DNA from: an uncultured virus (IMG/VR IMGVR_UViG_2724679134_000002)
Taxonomy: Duplodnaviria; Heunggongvirae; Uroviricota; Caudoviricetes
Strand: one strand, 5' to 3'
IMG/VR virus record: IMGVR_UViG_2724679134_000002
Length of the DNA: 20,000 nt
In this document: in pieces, positions 17,237 to 20,000 of the stretch
Position numbering within the stretch: position 1 is the first letter of the stretch
Layout of the letters: the number at the start of each line of letters is the position of its first letter
Translations under genes and position numbers: made by a program
Notes under the pieces: model-generated
Database searches by the model: none
What the model was told of the DNA's origin: nothing
Seen by the model: only the letters and a program-made list of their open reading frames with translations

Positions 17237-17339
17237 TATAATATACTTGATGATATTCTTATTCGAAGAGAAATAACAAAACCTTTTTAATTCAACGTTT
17301 ATCATGCTCTATGACATTGAAATATTGCCTAGGTTATAA

Positions 17340-17431
17340 TCAGAACGCAAGTCCATCCTTGGGAGCGCGAACAGTATATGTCTCAGTATTAATCTTTCAA
17401 TCCCTTGGCACTATTGGTGTCAGGGGATTTT
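17340..17431 (+). repeat. Right att direct repeat (duplicated glnA 3' end plus terminator)
   Basis: 91/92 identity to 11796-11887; encodes [16 protein letters not shown]. Confidence 0.95.
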
Positions 17432-17552
17432 ATATTTTGGTTGAAAAATTTAAGAGATCAATATTTTTTAGCCTTACTAAAAGCATTAAATATTGTACCG
17501 TGAATTATTTCCACAGTACGCTTGCTGTATCTCTGGTCAGTTAAAAAGTTAA

Positions 17553-17850
17553 GAAATTTTTGATACCTTGAAGTAAGGAAGATTATGATTCTTGATGTTT
17601 CGTGTTCGTGGAGTATGTATTTTTTCTAACGGTATCTTTTGGTTTATTCCTGTAACCAACTGAAAAAAATGCTCAAGCGACATGGTTTCTTTATCGAATT
17701 CAAACCCATCAGCTATTTGTTTTTCCCGTTCTGCAGCAGCTACTTGAGCTTCTTTTTTGTGTTTAAACCACTCTTAGATTTAAGTGTAAAAGGATCCTTA
17801 AAGGAGACACGATATTCCTATTTGTCTCCTCTTTTTCTGAATATAGCCAT
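17553..17850 (-). pseudogene. Second tyrosine integrase remnant (N-terminal arm-binding and SAM-like regions)
   Basis: Across stops and frameshifts: MAIFRKRGDK*EYRVSFKDPFT..SG..TKKEAQVAAAEREKQ...KDTVRKNTY...LPYFK. Confidence 0.75.
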
Positions 17851-17866
17851 TAGTTCAACTCAGATT

Positions 17867-18240
17867 TTAAAATGGAATTTCATCGATTAGTTGTTGAGTA
17901 TTATTCTCGTCCCAATCTTCTAATATATCATTTAAGTAGTATGTAGATGTTCTGAACCACAACTATGACAAAAACGAGCATTTCCTTCCAGAAGAGTTCC
18001 ACAACCCAATTTGTACCACGAGGTTTGTGGATCATTTTCATCCTCAACTGAAATCTCAGTTCATTTAATTAAATATGTACCAATGTATGGCAGTTTACAC
18101 CATGTCCTTCTTCATTATTACAAGTTGGACAATTTAGTGCTCTACTGTATCGTCTAAAAGAAAACTAGCATATCCATCATGTTTTTTCTCTCCTTGAATT
18201 AAATTAATACTTCCACATACTTTGCAGTGGTTGATCGAGT
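17867..18240 (-). pseudogene. Zinc-ribbon C-terminus of an ImmA/IrrE-like lysogeny protein, degraded
   Basis: Fragments NHCKVCGS, NCPTCNNEE, GCGTLLEGNARFCHSCGS, YYLNDILEDW...DEIPF*; directly upstream of the integrase relic. Confidence 0.6.
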
Positions 18241-18244
18241 CTGT

Positions 18245-18637
18245 AAGCATCAAGATTGGAATGGGCAAGTATTGTCCACACCGAATCATATCAGAGGACG
18301 ATGGAACAAGGTTAAGGCTCATTGAAAAAGAATTAAAGGCATTGGGCGGAAAGATTCCTAGTATTTCAGGGAATTCGTCAGGTTCAACTTATACAGTCAA
18401 AAAAGAAGATACTCTAACAAGAATTGCAAGCCCGATGACAAAAGGGGATAAAGTAAAGCAAATTCAGAAAGCGCTGGTGGTGCTATACTTCTGCCCGGAT
18501 AAAGGTGCAAACAATTACGGTGTGTATATGGGCCGAAAACAGCAAATACAGTTGAACGGTTCCAGTCAGTAAATAGGCTGAAAGCTGACGGTATTTATGG
18601 ACATAAGACAAAAGCGATAATTGAATCCTTGAAATAA
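18245..18637 (+). pseudogene. XlyA/CwlA-like amidase endolysin remnant (amidase end, LysM stub, PG-binding domain)
   Basis: KHQDWNG/KYCPHRI, TYTVKKEDTLTRIA, VKQIQKAL..LYF.PDKGA, GPKTANTVERFQ...ADGIYGHKTKA; multiple frameshifts. Confidence 0.85.
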
Positions 18638-18738
18638 TTAAGAGGAAGAATAGAGCGGCACCCCATTATATATATATCTTTTTTCTTTATATGCCATCTC
18701 TGCTCTGGATACATGTTCTAAGTAGGAGATGATTATTT

Positions 18739-18807
18739 TTGTTTATATCTCCAATGCTATTACACTCCATAAAAGAACCATTTGACAATGAGAACTACGT
18801 TACCTAA
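18739..18807 (+). pseudogene. N-terminal stub of a phage ATP-dependent DNA ligase (LigB/YoqV-like)
   Basis: RBS AGGAGA and TTG; MFISPMLLHSIKEPFDNENYVT*, stopping just before the expected E-x-K-x-D-G motif. Confidence 0.6.
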
Positions 18808-18907
18808 ACCGAGGTATCTCTGTAAAACTTTTATGCCTTGTTTGCTGCCATAGGCTCTTTTGTTTTTCAACTAACGGGGCATGTTTGTTCCATAATATGG
18901 ATTTTCC

Positions 18908-19105
18908 CTACTCTGAAACCTCACTCCAGATAATAGCCAACAAAACTAATAAAATGCGTATTAAATGATCTTTTGTAACCGTATTTAAAAGGACAACAAG
19001 TACAGTTTTTAAAATTTGATTGTCCTTACTTTGGATGATTACTAGAATGTCTAACAACGAAATAACAGTACCAATAATATAATCCTTATATTGATTATCG
19101 TTCAT
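18908..19105 (-). CDS. Small hydrophobic membrane protein (65 aa)
   Basis: RBS GGAGG; hydrophobic segments throughout. Confidence 0.55.
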   Translation of the reverse strand: MNDNQYKDYIIGTVISLLDILVIIQSKDNQILKTVLVVLLNTVTKDHLIRILLVLLAIIWSEVSE

Positions 19106-19284
19106 GATTTTTCCTCCATTTTTTTATAAAGTATTACTTTACAGTAAAAATGGTGTGTGGATTTGAACAATCATTTTTTTTTGCTCAGTTCGAAACAAAA
19201 GCATTTAGGTGAAAAAAATTGTTGAAAAACGGGCACACAGGAGACGGCACAAATGGCACCGAAAACCGTAAGTCTATCATCGTT

Positions 19285-19485
19285 GAAATCTGTTACACAG
19301 ATTCAGAAAGCGCTGGCGGCTCTTTATTTCTATCCGGATAAAAGCGCTAAAAACTTTGGAATTGATGGCTATTGCGGAGCAAAGACAGCAAATGCAGTCA
19401 AATGGTTCCAGTCAATGTACGGGCTGGCGGATGATGGGGTTTACGGACCGAAAATGAAAGTAAAATTAGAATCGTTACTGAAATA
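19285..19485 (+). pseudogene. Third endolysin PG-binding domain remnant
   Basis: VTQIQKALAALYFYPDKSAKNFGIDGYCGAKTANAVKWFQSMYGLADDGVYGPKMKVKLESLLK; no catalytic domain; native stop apparently lost. Confidence 0.8.
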
Positions 19486-19580
19486 TTTTCCAGGGAGAAG
19501 GCTTTTCAAAGTTGTTAGATACTCCAGTTGTAAAAAAAAATAAAAAAAAGAAAATATTAAAATGAAAGGAGATGATTACT

Positions 19581-20000
19581 GTGAAAAAAATAATTATAAT
19601 GGTGATCTTATGTTTTTCGTTAAGTTCTATCACAGTAGAAGCTGTCAAACAAGAACAACATCAGAACACAGAAGTTTCACAGGAACTATTTGGTGTTTTT
19701 ATGCATGAACTTTTCTTTAAAGATATATTAGACAGTGTCCGGGAATTCTATAAAGATGACTCAATCTCTGTTACCATTAAAGGAGGCGTTGGATTAACGG
19801 AAGACAAAGAAGGAAGGTATATAATGAAGTTTATTGTGCTGCCTCATTCAAAGCTTCAAGGGAAAAAGGACAAGAATTCAGGAACCGATACTTTGACTTT
19901 TAGAGTAAACCCGTTCCTTTTGGGCCCTGATTCTAAAGATAGAAAATCAGCAGTCACATTTCTAAATCTAGAACATAACGATCCAACAAAACAAAATTGA
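19581..20000 (+). CDS. Secreted protein, DUF3888-like
   Basis: Signal peptide (KKIIIMVILCFSLSSITVEA); DILDSVREFY and GTDTLTFRV motifs; RBS GAAAGGAG best spaced for GTG 19581 (alternative ATG 19572); stop at 19998-20000. Confidence 0.6.
   Translation: MKKIIIMVILCFSLSSITVEAVKQEQHQNTEVSQELFGVFMHELFFKDILDSVREFYKDDSISVTIKGGVGLTEDKEGRYIMKFIVLPHSKLQGKKDKNSGTDTLTFRVNPFLLGPDSKDRKSAVTFLNLEHNDPTKQN

Larger units (their letters stand above)
11888..17339. mobile_element. Decayed prophage (~5.5 kb) integrated at the glnA 3' end
   Basis: Bounded by 92-bp direct repeats; contains integrase, HNH, terminase-small-subunit and endolysin relics in siphophage order. Confidence 0.88.

Noticed and set aside
13158..17290. 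ORFs 13158-13505, 14602-14838, 14751-14975, 15666-15902, 16163-16630 and 16988-17290
   Set aside because: Antisense shadows, or frames crossing terminators and relic junctions.
17311..17890. Plus-strand ORFs 17311-17544 and 17639-17890
   Set aside because: The first spans the att repeat and terminator; the second is antisense to the integrase relic.
18708..18720. Possible LexA (SOS) box upstream of the ligB-like stub
   Set aside because: Only the GTTC half is present; the left half reads GATAC rather than GAAC.

Overview
Bacillus subtilis-group chromosome with three parts. (1) 1-~6829 is the right end of an SPbeta-like prophage: sspC, yotB, yotH/yotI-like and yotM-like genes, an HNH gene, an unannotated 48-aa candidate recombination directionality factor and a large serine recombinase. 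It is inserted inside the sporulation gene spoVK. Only the 3' part of spoVK (K-H-M-E-D-K... onward) follows the att junction, and the recombinase ORF reads through the junction and stops in host DNA. (2) ~6830-11890 is core genome: spoVK 3' part, hflX, ynbB, glnR and glnA, with a canonical GlnR/TnrA operator and sigmaA promoter. (3) 11890-20000 is an integration hotspot at the glnA 3' end. A ~5.5-kb decayed prophage lies between 92-bp direct repeats of the glnA 3' end plus terminator. It has arm-type repeats, integrase/HNH/terminase/endolysin relics and several intact cargo genes, including a candidate secreted pre-pro-toxin. Beyond it lie older relics of at least one more prophage (integrase N-terminus, ImmA-like zinc ribbon, two endolysin fragments, ligB-like fragment). 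Family assignments come from motif recognition and memory, not database searches.
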